Below, one piece after another: positions 1-13,800 of a stretch of DNA of 64,000 bases. Source of the stretch: Eledone cirrhosa (lineage: Eukaryota). Where the stretch lies: contig OZ024743.1 of assembly GCA_964016885.1 (NCBI GenBank), positions 321,594,001-321,658,000 on the forward strand, written 5' to 3'. The stretch's first letter is position 1; each line of letters starts with the position of its first letter. Below the pieces are notes generated by a model that saw only the letters and a list, made by a program, of their open reading frames with translations, was not told where the DNA came from and searched no databases. The position numbers and the translations under genes are program-made.

Positions 1-1299
1 GTGGAGCCACACAGCAACATTGTGTTGAAGTGGATCCACGCAACAACATTGTGTTGAAGTGGATCCACACAGCAACATTGTGCTGAAGTGGAGCCACACA
101 GCAACATTGTGTTGAAGTGGAGCTACACAGCAACATTGTGTTGAAGTGGAGCCACACAGCAACATTGTGTTGAAGTGGAGCAACATAGCAACATTGTGTT
201 GAAATGGAGCCACACATCAATATTGTGTTGAAGTGGAGCGACATAGCAACATTGTGCTGAAGTGGAGCCACATAGCAACATTGTGCTGAAGTGGATCCAC
301 GCAACAACATTGTGTTGAAGTGGATCCACACAGCAACACTGTGCTGAAGTGGAGCCACACAGCAACATTGTGTTGAAGTGGACCCACACAGCAACATTGT
401 GCTGAAGTGGAGCCACACAGCAATATTGTGTTGAAGTGGTGCCACACAGCAACATTGTGCTGAAGTGGACCCACACACCAACATTGTGCTGAAGTGGGGC
501 CACACAGCAACATTGTGTTGAAGTGGAGCCATACAGCAACATTGTGTTGAAGGGGAGCCACACAGCAACATTGTGTTCAAGTGGAGCCACATAGCAACAT
601 TGTGTTGAAGTGGACCCACACAGCAACATTGTGTTGAAGTGGAGCCACACATCAACATTGTGTTGAAGTGGAGCCACATAGCAACATTGTGCTGAAGTGG
701 ATCCACGCAACAACATTGTGTTGAAGTGGATCCACACAGCAACACTGTGTTGAAGTGGAGCCACACAGCAACATTGTGTTGAAGTGGAGCCACACAGCAA
801 CATTGTGCTGAAGTGGACCCACACAGCAATATTGTGTTGAAGTGGTGCCACACAGCAACATTGTGCTGAAGTGGACCCACACACCAACATTGTGCTGAAG
901 TGGGGCCACACAGCAACATTGTGTTGAAGTGGAGCCATACAGCAACATTGTGTTGAAGGGGAGCCACACAGCAACATTGTGTTGAAGTGGAGTCTCACAG
1001 CAACATTGTGTTGAAGTGGAGCCACACAGCAACATTGTGCTGAAGTTGAGCCATACAGCAACATTGTGTTCAGGTGGAGCCACACAGCAACATTGTGTTG
1101 AAGTGGGGCCACACAGCAATATTGTGTTCAAGTGGAGCCACATAGCAACATTGTGTTGAAGTGGACCCACACAGCAACATTGTGTTGAAGTGGAGCCACA
1201 CAGCAACATTGTGTTGAAGTGGAGCCACACAGCATCATTGTGTTGAAGTGGACCCACACAGCAACATTGTGTTGAAGTGGAGCCACACAGCAACATGGT

Positions 1300-3990
1300 G
1301 TTGAAGTGGAGCCACACAGCAACATTGTGTTGAAGTGGAGCCACACAGCAATATTGTGTTGAAGGGGGCCCACACAGCAACATTGTGTTGAAATGGAGCC
1401 ACACAGCAACATTGTGTTGAAGTGGAGCCACACAGCAACATTGTGTTGAAGTGGAGCCACACAGCAACATCGTGTTGAAGTGGAGCCACACAGCAACATT
1501 GTGTTGAAGTGGAGCCACACAGCAACATTGTGTTGAAGTGGACCCACACAGCAACATCGTGTTGAAGGGGAGACACACAGCAACATTGCGTTGAAGGGGA
1601 GCCACACAGCAACATTGTGTTGAAGTGGAGCCACACAGCAACATTGTGTTGAAGTGGAGCGACACAGCAACATTCTGTTGAAGTGGAGGCCACACAGCAA
1701 CATTGTGCTGAAGTGGAGCTACACAGCAACATTGTGTTGAAGTGGAGCCACACAGAAAAATTGTGTTGAAGTGGAGCCACACAGCAACATTGTGTTGAAG
1801 TGGACACACACAGCAACATTGTGTTGAAGTGGAGACACACAGCAACATTGTGTTGAAGGGGAGCCACACAGCAACATTGTGTTGAAGTGGAGCCACACAG
1901 CAACATTGTGTTGAAGTGGAGCGACACAGAAACATTGTGATGAAGGGGAGCCACACAGCAACATTGTGTTGAAGTGGAGCCACACAGCGACATTGTGTTG
2001 AAGTGGAGCCACATAGCAACATTGTGTTGAAGTGGAGACACACAGCAACATTGTGTTGAAGTGGAGCCACACAGCAACATTGTGCTGAAGGGGAGCCACA
2101 CAGCAACATTGTGTTGAAGTGGATCCACACAGCAACATTGTGTTGAAGTGGACCCACATAGCAACATTGTGTTGAAGAGGAGCCACACAGCAACATTGTT
2201 TTGAAGTGAAGCCACACAGCAATATTGTGTTGAAGTCGAGCCACACAGCAACATTGTGTTGAAGTGGACCCACACAGCAACGTTGTGTTGAAGTGGAGTC
2301 ACACAGCGCAACATTGTGTTGAAGTAGAGCCACATAGCAGCATTGTCCTGAAGTGGAACCACACAGCAACATTAGTGCTGAAGTGGAGCCACATAGCAAC
2401 ATTGTCCTGAAGTGGAGCCACATAGCAACATTGTCCTGAAGTGGAGCTACACAGCAACATTGCGCTGAAGTGGAGCTACACAGCAACATTGTGCTGAAGT
2501 GGAGTCACACAGCAACAATGTGTTGAAGTGGAGCTTCACAGCAACATTGTGCTGAAGTGGAGTCACACAGCAAAATTGTGTTGAAGTGGTGCTACACAGC
2601 AACATTGTGCTGAAGTGGACCCACACACCAACATTGTGCTGAAGTGGAGCCACACAGCAACATTGTGTTGAAGTGGAGCCACACAGCAACATTGTGTTGA
2701 AGTGGAGCCACACAGCAATATTGTGTTGAAGTGGACCCACACAGCAACATTGTGTTGAAGTGGAGCCACACAGCAACATTGTGTTGAAGTGGAGCCACAC
2801 AGCAACATTGTGTTGAAGTGGAGCCACACAGCAACATTGTGTTGAAGTGGAGCCACACAGCAACATTGTGTTGAAGTGGAGCCACACAGCAACATCGTGT
2901 TGAAGTGGAGCCACACAGCAACATTGTGTTGAAGTGGAGCCACACAGCAACATTGTGTTGAAGTGGACCCACACAGCAACATCGTGTTGAAGTGGAGACA
3001 CACAGCAACATTGTGTTGAAGGGGAGCCACACAGCAACATTGTGTTGAAGTGGAGCCACACAGCAACATTGTGTTGAAGTGGTGCGACACAGCAACATTG
3101 TGTTGAAGTGGAGGCCACACAGCAACATTGTGCTGAAGTGGAGCTACACAGCAACATTGTGTTGAAGTGGAGCCACACAGAAAAATTGTGTTGAAGTGGA
3201 CCCACACAGCAACATTGTGTTGAAGTGGAGCCACACAGCAACATTGTGTTGAAGTGGACCCACACAGCAACATTGTGTTGAAGTGGAGACACACAGCAAC
3301 ATTGTGTTGAAGGGGAGCCACACAGCAACATTGTGTTGAAATGGAGCCACACAGCAACATTGTGTTGAAGTGGAGCGACACAGAAACATTGTGATGAAGG
3401 GGAGCCACACAGCAACAATGTGTTGAAGTGGAGCCACACAGCGACATTGTGTTGAAGTGGAGCCACATAGCAACATTGTGTTGAAGTGGAGACACACAGC
3501 AACATTGTGTTGAAGTGGAGCCACACAGCAACATTGTGCTGAAGGGGAGCCACACAGCAACATTGTGTTGAAGTGGATCCACACAGCAACATTGTGTTGA
3601 AGTGGACCCACATAGCAACATTGTGTTGAAGAGGAGCCACACAGCAACATTGTTTTGAAGTGGAGCCACACAGCAATATTGTGTTGAAGTCGAGCCACAC
3701 AGCAACATTGTGTTGAAGTGGACCCACACAGCAACGTTGTGTTGAAGTGGAGTCACACAGCGCAACATTGTGTTGAAGTAGAGCCACATAGCAGCATTGT
3801 CCTGAAGTGGAACCACACAGCAACATTAGTGCTGAAGTGGAGCCACATAGCAACATTGTCCTGAAGTGGAGCCACATAGCAACATTGTCCTGAAGTGGAG
3901 CTACACAGCAACATTGCGCTGAAGTGAAGCTACACAGCAACATTGTGCTGAAGTGGAGTCACACAGCAACAATGTGTTGAAGTGGAGATC
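1300..3990. repeat. Two adjacent copies of a ~1454-bp (50-monomer) higher-order unit
   Basis: Markers GTGATG 1937/3391 and GCGCAAC 2306/3760, and ORF right coordinates 2489/3943, 2362/3816 and 2280/3734, are all offset by 1454 = 50 x 29 + 4. The +4 matches the +1, +2 and +1 insertion monomers in the unit. Confidence 0.85.
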
Positions 3991-6169
3991 CACAGCAACA
4001 TTGTGCTGAAGTGGAGCCACACAGCAACATTGTGTTGAAGTGGTGCTACACAGCAACATTGTGCTGAAGTGGACCCACACACCAACATTGTGCTGAAGTG
4101 GAGCCACACAGCAACATTGTGTTGAAGTGGAGCCACACAGCAACATTGTGTTGAAGTGGAGCCACACAGCAACATTGTGTTGAAGTGGAGCCACATAGCA
4201 ACATTGTCCTGAAGTCGAGCCACACAGCAACATTTTGTTGAAGTGGAACCACACAGCAACATTGTGTTGAAGTGGAGCCACACAACAATATTGTGTTGAA
4301 CTCGACCCACACAGCAAAATTGTGTTGAAGTTGACCCACACAGCAACATTGTGCTGAAGTGGAGCCACACAGCAACATTGTGTTGAAGTGGAGCCACACA
4401 GCAATATTGTGTTCAAGTGGAGCCACATAGCAACATTGTGTTGAAGTGGACTCACACAGCAACATTGTGTTGAAGTGGAGCCACACATCAACATTGTGTT
4501 GAAGTGGATCCACACAGCAACATTGTGTTGAAGTGGAGCCACACAGCAACATTGTGTTGAAGTGGAGCCACACAGCAACATTGTGTTGAAGTGGAGCCAC
4601 ACAGCAACAATGTGTTGAAGTGGAGCCACACAGCAATATTGTGTTGAAGGGGACCCACACAGCAACATTGTGTTGAAGTGGAGCCACACAGCAACATTGT
4701 GTTGAAGTGGAGACACACAGCAACATTGTGTTGAAGTGGAGCGACACAGCAACATTGTGTTGACGTGGAGGCCACACAGCAACATTGTGCTGAAGTGGAG
4801 CCACACAGAAAAATTGTGTTGAAGTGGACCCACACAGCAACATCGTGTTGAAGTGGAGCCACACAGCAACATTGTGTTGAAGTGGAGACACACAGCAACA
4901 TTGTGTTGAAGTGGAGACACACAGCAACATTGTGTTGAAGGGGAGCCACACAGCAACATTGTGTTGAAGTGGAGCCACACAGCAACATTGTGTTGAAGTG
5001 GAGCGACACAGAAACATTGTGATGAAGGGGAGCCAGACAGCAACATTGTGTTGAAGTGGACCCACATAGCAACATTGTGTTGAAGTCGAGCCACACAGCA
5101 AAATTTTGTTGAAGTGGAACCACACAGCAACATTGTGTTGAAGTGGAGCCACACAACAATATTGTGTTGAACTCGACCCACACAGCAAAATTGTGTTGAA
5201 GTTGACCCACACAGCAACATTGTGCTGAAGTGGAGCCACACAGCAACATTGTGTTGAAGTGGACCCACACAGCAACATTGTGTTGAAGTGGAGCCACACA
5301 TCAACATTGTGTTGAAGTGGATCTACACAGCAACATTGTGTTGAAGTGGACCCACACAACAACGTTGTGTTGAAGTGGAGTCACACAGCGCAACATTGTA
5401 TTGAAGTAGAGCCACATAGCAGCATTGTCCTGAAGTGGAACCACACAGCAACATTAGTGCTGAAGTGGAGCCACATAGCAACATTGTCCTGAAGTGGAGC
5501 CACATAGCAACATGGTTCTGAAGTGAAGCTACACAGCAACATTGCGCTGAAGTGGAGCTACACAGCAACATTGTGCTGAAGTGGAGTCACACAGCAACAA
5601 TGTGTTGAAGTGGAGATCCACAGCAACATTGTGCTGAAGTGGAGCCACACAGCAACATTGTGTTGAATTGGTGCTACACAGCAACATTGTGCTGAAGTGG
5701 ACCCACATACCAACATTGTGCTGAAGTGGAGCCACACAGCAACATTGTGTTGAAGTGGAGCCACACAGCAACATTGTGTTGAAGTGGAGCCACACAGCAA
5801 CATTGTGTTGAAGTGGAGCCACATAGCAACATTGTGCTGAAGTGGAGCCACACAGCAACATTGTTTTGAAGTGGAGCCACACAGCAACATTGTGTTGAAG
5901 TGGATCCACACAGCAATATTGTGTTGAAGTGGACCCACACAGCAACATTGTGTTGAAGTGGAGCCACACAGCAACATTGTGTTGAAGTGGAGCCACACAG
6001 CAACATTGTGTTGAAGTGGAGCCACACAGCAACATTGTGTTGAAGTGGAGCCACACAGCAACATTGTGTTGAAGTGGACCCACACAGCAACATCGTGTTG
6101 AAGTGGAGACACACAGCAACATTGTGTTGAAGGGGAGCCACACAGCAACATTGTGTTGAGGTGGAGCCA

Positions 6170-9100
6170 CACAGCAACATTGTGTTGAAGGGGAGCCACA
6201 CAGCAACATTGTGTTGAAATGGAACCACACAGCAACATTGTGTTGAAGTGGAGCGACACAGAAACATTGTGATGAAGGGGAGCCGCACAGCAACAATGTG
6301 TTGAAGTGAAGCCACACAGCGACATTGTGTTGAAGTGGAGCCACATAGCAACATTGTGTTGAAGTGGAGACACACAGCAACATTGTGTTGAAGTGGAGCC
6401 ACACAGCAACATTGTGCTGAAGGGGAGCCACACAGCAACATTGTGTTGAAGTGGATCCACACAGCAACATTGTGTTGAAGTGGACCCACATAGCAACATT
6501 GTGTTGAAGAGGAGCCACACAGCAACATTGTTTTGAAGTGGAGCCACACAGCAATATTGTGTTGAAGTCGATCCACACAGCAACATTGTGTTGAAGTGGA
6601 CCCACACAGCAACGTTGTGTTGAAGTGGAGTCACACAGCGCAACATTGTGTTGAAGTAGAGCCACATAGCAGCATTGTCCTGAAGTGGAACCACACAGCA
6701 ACATTAGTGCTGAAGTGGAGCCACATAGCAACATTGTCCTGAAGTGGAGCCACATAGCAACATTGTCCTGAAGTGGAGCTACACAGCAACATTGCGCTGA
6801 AGTGGAGCTACACAGCAACATTGTGCTGAAGTGGAGTCACACAGCAACAATGTGTTGAAGTGGAGCTTCACAGCAACATTGTGCTGAAGTGGAGCAACAC
6901 AACAACATTGTGTTGAAGTGGTGCTACACAGCAACATTGTGCTGAAGTGGACCCACACACCAACATTGTGCTGAAGTGGAGCCACACAGCAACATTGTGT
7001 TGAAGTGGAGCCACACAGCAACATTGTGTTGAAGTGGAGCCACACAGCAACATTGTGTTGAAGTGGAGCCACACAGCAACATTGTGTTGAAGTGGAGCCA
7101 CATAGTAACATTGTCCTGAAGTGGAACCACACAGCAACATTGTGTTGAAGTGGAGCCACACAACAATATTGTGTTGAAGTCGACCCACACAGCAAAATTG
7201 TGTTGAAGTGGACCCACACAGCAACATTGTGCTGAAGTGGAACCACACAGCAACATTAGTGCTGAAGTGGAGCCACACAGCAACATTAGTGCTGAAGTGG
7301 AGCCACATAGCAACATTGTCCTGAAGGGGAGCCACACAGCAACATTGTGCTGAAGAGGAGCTACACAGCAACATTGTGCTGAAGTGGAGTCACACAGCAA
7401 CATTGTGTTGAAGTGGAGCTTCACAGCAACATTGTGCTGAAGTGGTTCCACACAGCAACATTGTGTTGAAGTGGTGCCACACAGCAACATTGTGCTGAAG
7501 TGGACCCACACACCAACATTGTGCTGAAGTGGAGCCACACAGCAACATTGTGTTGAAGTGGAGCCACACAGCAACATTGTGTTGAAGTGGAGCCACACAG
7601 CAACATTGTGTTGAAGTGGAGCCACATAGCAACATTGTCCTGAAGTCGAGCCACACAGCAACATTTTGTTGAAGTGGAACCACACAGCAACATTGTGTTG
7701 AAGTGGAGCCACACAACAATATTGTGTTGAACTCGACCCACACAGCAAAATTGTGTTGAAGTTGACCCACACAGCAACATTGTGCTGAAGTGGAGCCACA
7801 CAGCAACATTGTGTTGAAGTGGACCCACACAGCAACATTGTGTTGAAGTGGAGCCACACATCAACATTGTGTTGAAGTGGATCTACACAGCAACATTGTG
7901 TTGAAGTGGAGCCACACAGCAACATTGTGTTGAAGTGGAGCCACACAGCAACATTGTGTTGAAGTGGAGCCACACAGCAATATTGTGTTGAAGGGGACCC
8001 ACACAGCAAGATTGTGTTGAAGTGGAGCCACACAGCAACATTGTGTTGAAGTGGATCCACACAGCAACATTGTGTTGAAGTGGAGCGACACAGCAACATT
8101 GTGTTGACGTGGAGGCCACACAGCAACATTGTGCTGAAGTGGAACCACACAGCAACATTAGTGCTGAAGTGGAGCCACATAGCAACATTGTCCTGAAGTG
8201 GAGCCACATAGCAACATTGTCCTGAAGTGGAGCTACACAGCAACATTGCGCTGAAGTGGAGCTACACAGCAACATTGTGCTGAAGTGGAGTCACACAGCA
8301 ACAATGTGTTGAAGTGGAGCTTCACAGCAACATTGTGCTGAAGTGGAGCCACACAGCAACATTGTGTTGAAGTGGTGCTACACAGCAACATTGTGCTGAA
8401 GTGGACCCACACACCAACATTGTGCTGAAGTGGAGCCACACAGCAACATTGTTTTGAAGTGGAGCCACACAGCAACATTGTGTTGAAGTGGATCCACACA
8501 GCAATATTGTGTTGAAGTGGACCCACACAGAAACATTGTGTTGAAGTGGAGCCACACAGCAACATTGTGTTGAAGTGGAGCCACACAGCAACATTGTGTT
8601 GAAGTGGAGCCACACAGCAACATTGTGTTGAAGTGGAGCCACACAGCAACATTGTGTTGAAGTGGAGCCACACAGCAACATCGTGTTGAAGTGGAGCCAC
8701 ACAGCAACATTGTGTTGAAGTGGAGCCACACAGCAACATTGTGTTGAAGTGGACCCACACAGCAACATCGTGTTGAAGTGGAGACACACAGCAACATTGT
8801 GTTGAAGGGGAGCCACACAGCAACATTGTGTTGAGGTGGAGCCACACAGCAACATTGTGTTGAAGTGGAGCGACACAGCAACATTGTGTTGAAGTGGAGG
8901 CCACACAGTAACATTGTGCTGAAGTGGAGCTACACAGCAACATTGTGTTGAAGTGGAGCCACACAGAAAAATTGTGTTGAAGTGGACCCACACAGCAACA
9001 TTGTGTTGAAGTGGAGCCACACAGCAACATTGTGTTGAAGTGGACCCACACAGCAACATTGTGTTGAAGTGGAGACACACAGCAACATTGTGTTGAAGGG

Positions 9101-10500
9101 GAGCCACACAGCAACATTGTGTTGAAATGGAACCACACAGCAACATTGTGTTGAAGTGGAGCGACACAGAAACATTGTGATGAAGGGGAGCCGCACAGCA
9201 ACAATGTGTTGAAGTGGAGCCACACAGCGACATTGTGTTGAAGTGGAGCCACATAGCAACATTGTGTTGAAGTGGAGACACACAGCAACATTGTGTTGAA
9301 GTGGAGCCACACAGCAACATTGTGCTGAAGGGGAGCCACACAGCAACATTGTGTTGAAGTGGATCCACACAGCAACATTGTGTTGAAGTGGACCCACATA
9401 GCAACATTGTGTTGAAGAGGAGCCACACAGCAACATTGTTTTGAAGTGGAGCCACACAGCAATATTGTGTTGAAGTCGATCCACACAGCAACATTGTGTT
9501 GAAGTGGACCCACACAGCAACGTTGTGTTGAAGTGGAGTCACACAGCGCAACATTGTGTTGAAGTAGAGCCACATAGCAGCATTGTCCTGAAGTGGAACC
9601 ACACAGCAACATTAGTGCTGAAGTGGAGCCACATAGCAACATTGTCCTGAAGTGGAGCCACATAGCAACATTGTCCTGAAGTGGAGCTACACAGCAACAT
9701 TGCGCTGAAGTGGAGCTACACAGCAACATTGTGCTGAAGTGGAGTCACACAGCAACAATGTGTTGAAGTGGAGCTTCACAGCAACATTGTGCTGAAGTGG
9801 AGCAACACAACAACATTGTGTTGAAGTGGTGCTACACAGCAACATTGTGCTGAAGTGGACCCACACTCCAACATTGTGCTGAAGTGGAGCCACACAGCAA
9901 CATTGTGTTGAAGTGGAGCCACACAGCAACATTGTGTTGAAGTGGAGCCACACAGCAACATTGTGTTGAAGTGGAGCCACACAGCAACATTGTGTTGAAG
10001 TGGAGCCACATAGCAACATTGTCCTGAAGTGGAACCACACAGCAACATTGTGTTGAAGTGGAGCCACACAACAATATTGTGTTGAAGTCGACCCACACAG
10101 CAAAATTGTGTTGAAGTGGACCCACACAGCAACATTGTGCTGAAGTGGAACCACACAGCAACATTAGTGCTGAAGTGGAGCCACACAGCAACATTAGTGC
10201 TGAAGTGGAGCCACATAGCAACATTGTCCTGAAGGGGAGCCACACAGCAACATTGTGCTGAAGAGGAGCTACACAGCAACATTGTGCTGAAGTGGAGTCA
10301 CACAGCAACATTGTGTTGAAGTGGAGCTTCACAGCAACATTGTGCTGTAGTGGTTCCACACAGCAACATTGTGTTGAAGTGGTGCCACACAGCAACATTG
10401 TGCTGAAGTGGACCCACACACCAACATTGTGCTGAAGTGGAGCCACACAGCAACATTGTGTTGAAGTGGAGCCACACAGCAACATTGTGTTGAAGTGGAT
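6170..10500. repeat. Block duplication ~6170-7590 vs ~9080-10500, offset 2908 bp
   Basis: GTGATG 6269/9177, GCGCAAC 6638/9546, and ORFs 6779..7246 / 9687..10154 and 6868..7374 / 9776..10282. Shared rare variants: GAGCCGCACAG, GTCGATCC, GAGCAACACAACAAC. Confidence 0.85.
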
Positions 10501-10849
10501 CCACGCAACAACATTGTGTTGAAGTGGATCCACACAGCAACATTGTGCTGAAGTGGAGCCACACAGCAACATTGTGTTGAAGTGGAGCCACACAGCAAGA
10601 TTGTGCTGAAGTGGAGCCACACAGCAATATTGTGTTGAAGTGGTGCCACACAGCAACATTGTGCTGAAGTGGACCCACACACCAACATTGTGCTGAAGTG
10701 GGGCCACACAGCAACATTGTGTTGAAGTGGAGCCATACAGCAACATTGTGTTGAAGGGGAGCCACACAGCAACATTGTGTTGAAGTGGAGCCTCACAGCA
10801 ACATTGTGTTGAAGTGGAGCCACACAGCAACATTGTGCTGAAGTTGACC

Positions 10850-13800
10850 CACACAGCAACATTGTTTTGAAGTGGAGCCACATAGCAACATTGTGTTGAA
10901 GTGGAGACACACAGCAACATTGTGTTGAAGTGGAGCCACACAGCAACATTGTGTTGAAGTGGAACCACACAGCGACATTGTGTTGAAGTGGAGCCACACA
11001 CCAACATTGTGCTGAAGTGACGCCACACAGCAACATTGTGTTGAAGTGGAGCCACACAGCAACATTGTGTTGAAGGGGACCCACACAGCAACATTGTGTT
11101 GAAGTGGAGCCACACAGCAACATTGTGTTGAAGTGGAGCCACACAGCAACATTGTGCTGAAGTGGATCCACACAGCAACATTGTGTTGAAGTGGAGCCAC
11201 ACAGCAATAGTGTGTTCAAGTGGAGCTACATAGCAACATTGTGTTGAAGTGGACCCACACAGCAACATTGTGTTGAAGTGGAGCCACACATCAACATTGT
11301 TTTGAAGTGGAGCCACACAGCAACATTGTGTTGAAGTGGAGCCACACAGCAACATTGTGTTGAAGTGGAGCCACACAGCAACGTTGTGTTGAAGTGGAGC
11401 CACACAGCAACATTGTGTTGAAGTGGAGCCACACAGCAACATTGTGTTGAAGTGGAGCCACACAGCAACATTGTGTTGACGTGGAGCCACACAGCAACAT
11501 TGTGTTGAAGTGGAGCCACACAGCAACATCGTGTTGAAGTGGAGCCACACAGCAACATTGTGTTGAAGTGGAGCCACACAGCAACATTGTGTTGAAGTGG
11601 ACCCACACAGCAACATCGTGTTGAAGTGGAGACACACAGCAACATTGTGTTGAAGGGGAGCCACACAGCAACATTGTGTTGAAGTGGAGCCACACAGCAA
11701 CATTGTGTTGAAGTGGAGCGACACAGCAACATTGTGTTGAAGTGGAGGCCACACAGTAACATTGTGCTGAAGCGGAGCTACACAGCAACATTGTGTTGAA
11801 GTGGAGCCACACAGCAACATTGTGTTGAAGTGGACCCACACAGCAACATTGTGTTGAAGTGGAGACACACAGCAACATTGTGTTGAAGGGGATCCACACA
11901 GCAACATTGTGTTGAAATGGAACCACACAGCAACATTGTGTTGAAGTGGAGCGACACAGAAACATTGTGATGAAGGGGAGCCGCACAGCAACAATGTGTT
12001 GAAGTGGAGCCACACAGCGACATTGTGTTGAAGTGGAGCCACATAGCAACATTGTGTTGAAGTGGAGACACACAGCAACATTGTGTTGAAGTGGAGCCAC
12101 ACAGCAACATTGTGCTGAAGGGGAGCCACACAGCAACATTGTGTTGAAGTGGATCCACACAGCAACATTGTGTTGAAGTGGACCCACATAGCAACATTGT
12201 GTTGAAGAGGAGCCACACAGCAACATTGTTTTGAAGTGGAGCCACACAGCAATATTGTGTTGAAGTCGAGCCACACAGCAACATTGTGTTGAAGTGGACC
12301 CACACAGCAACGTTGTGTTGAAGTGGAGTCACACAGCGCAACATTGTGTTGAAGTAGAGCCACATAGCAGCATTGTCCTGAAGTGGAACCACACAGCAAC
12401 ATTAGTGCTGAAGTGGAGCCACATAGCAACATTGTCCTGAAGTGGAGCTACACAGCAACATTGTCCTGAAGTGGTGCTACACAGCAACATTGTGCTGAAG
12501 TGGACCCACACACCAACATTGTGCTGAAGTGGAGCCACATAGCAACATTGTGTTGAAGTGGAGCCACACAGCAACATTGTGTTGAAGTGGAGCCACACAA
12601 CAACATTGTGTTGAAGTGGAGCCACATAGCAACATTGTCCTGAAGTCAGGCCACACAGCAACATTTTGTTGAAGTGGAACCACACAGCAACATTGTGTTA
12701 AGTGGAGCCACACAACAATATTGTGTTGAAGTCGACCCACACAGCAAAATTGTGTTGAAGTGGACCCACACAGCAACATTGTGCTGAAGTGGAACCACAC
12801 AGCAACATTAGTGCTGAAGTGGAGCCACACAGCAACATTAGTGCTGAAGTGGAGCCACATAGCAACATTGTCCTGAAGGGGAGCCACACAGCAACATTGT
12901 GCTGAAGAGGAGCTACACAGCAACATTGTGCTGAAGTGGAGTCACACAGCAACATTGTGTTGAAGTGGAGCTTCACAGCAACATTGTGCTGAAGTGGATC
13001 CACACAGCAACATTGTGTTGAAGTGGAGCCACACAGCAACATTGTGCTGAAGTGGAGCCACACAGCAATATTGTGTTGAAGGGGAGCCACACAGCAACAT
13101 TGTGTTGAAGTGGATCCACACAGCAACATTGTGCTGAAGTTGAGCCACACAGCAACATTGTGTTCAGGTGGAGCCACATAGCAACATTGTGTTGAAATGG
13201 AGACACACAGCAACATTGTGTTGAAGTGGAGCCACACAGCAACATTGTGTTGAAGTGGAGTCACACAGCGACATTGTGTTGAAGTGGAGCCACACAGCAA
13301 CATTGTGTTGAAGTGGACCCACACAGCAACATCGTGTTGAAGTGGAGACACACAGCAACATTGTGTTGAAGGGGAGCCACACAGCAACATTGTGTTGAAG
13401 TGGAACCACACAGCAACATTGTGTTGAAGTGGAGCGACACAGCAACATTGTGTTGAAGTGGAGGCCACACAGCAACATTGTGCTGAAGTGGAGCTACACA
13501 GCAACATTGTGCTGAAGTGGAGCCACACAGAAAAATTGTGTTGAAGTGGACCCACACAGCAACATTGTGTTGAAGTGGAGACACACAGCAACATTGTGTT
13601 GAAGTGGAGACACACAGCAACATTGTGTTGAAGGGGAGCCACACAGCTACATTGTGTTGAAGTGGAGCCACACAGCAACATTGTGTTGAAGTGGAGCGAC
13701 ACAGAAACATTGTGATGAAGGGGAGCCACACAGCAACATTGTGTTGAAGTGGATCCACACAGCGACATTGTGTTGAAGTGGAGCCACATAGCAACATTGT

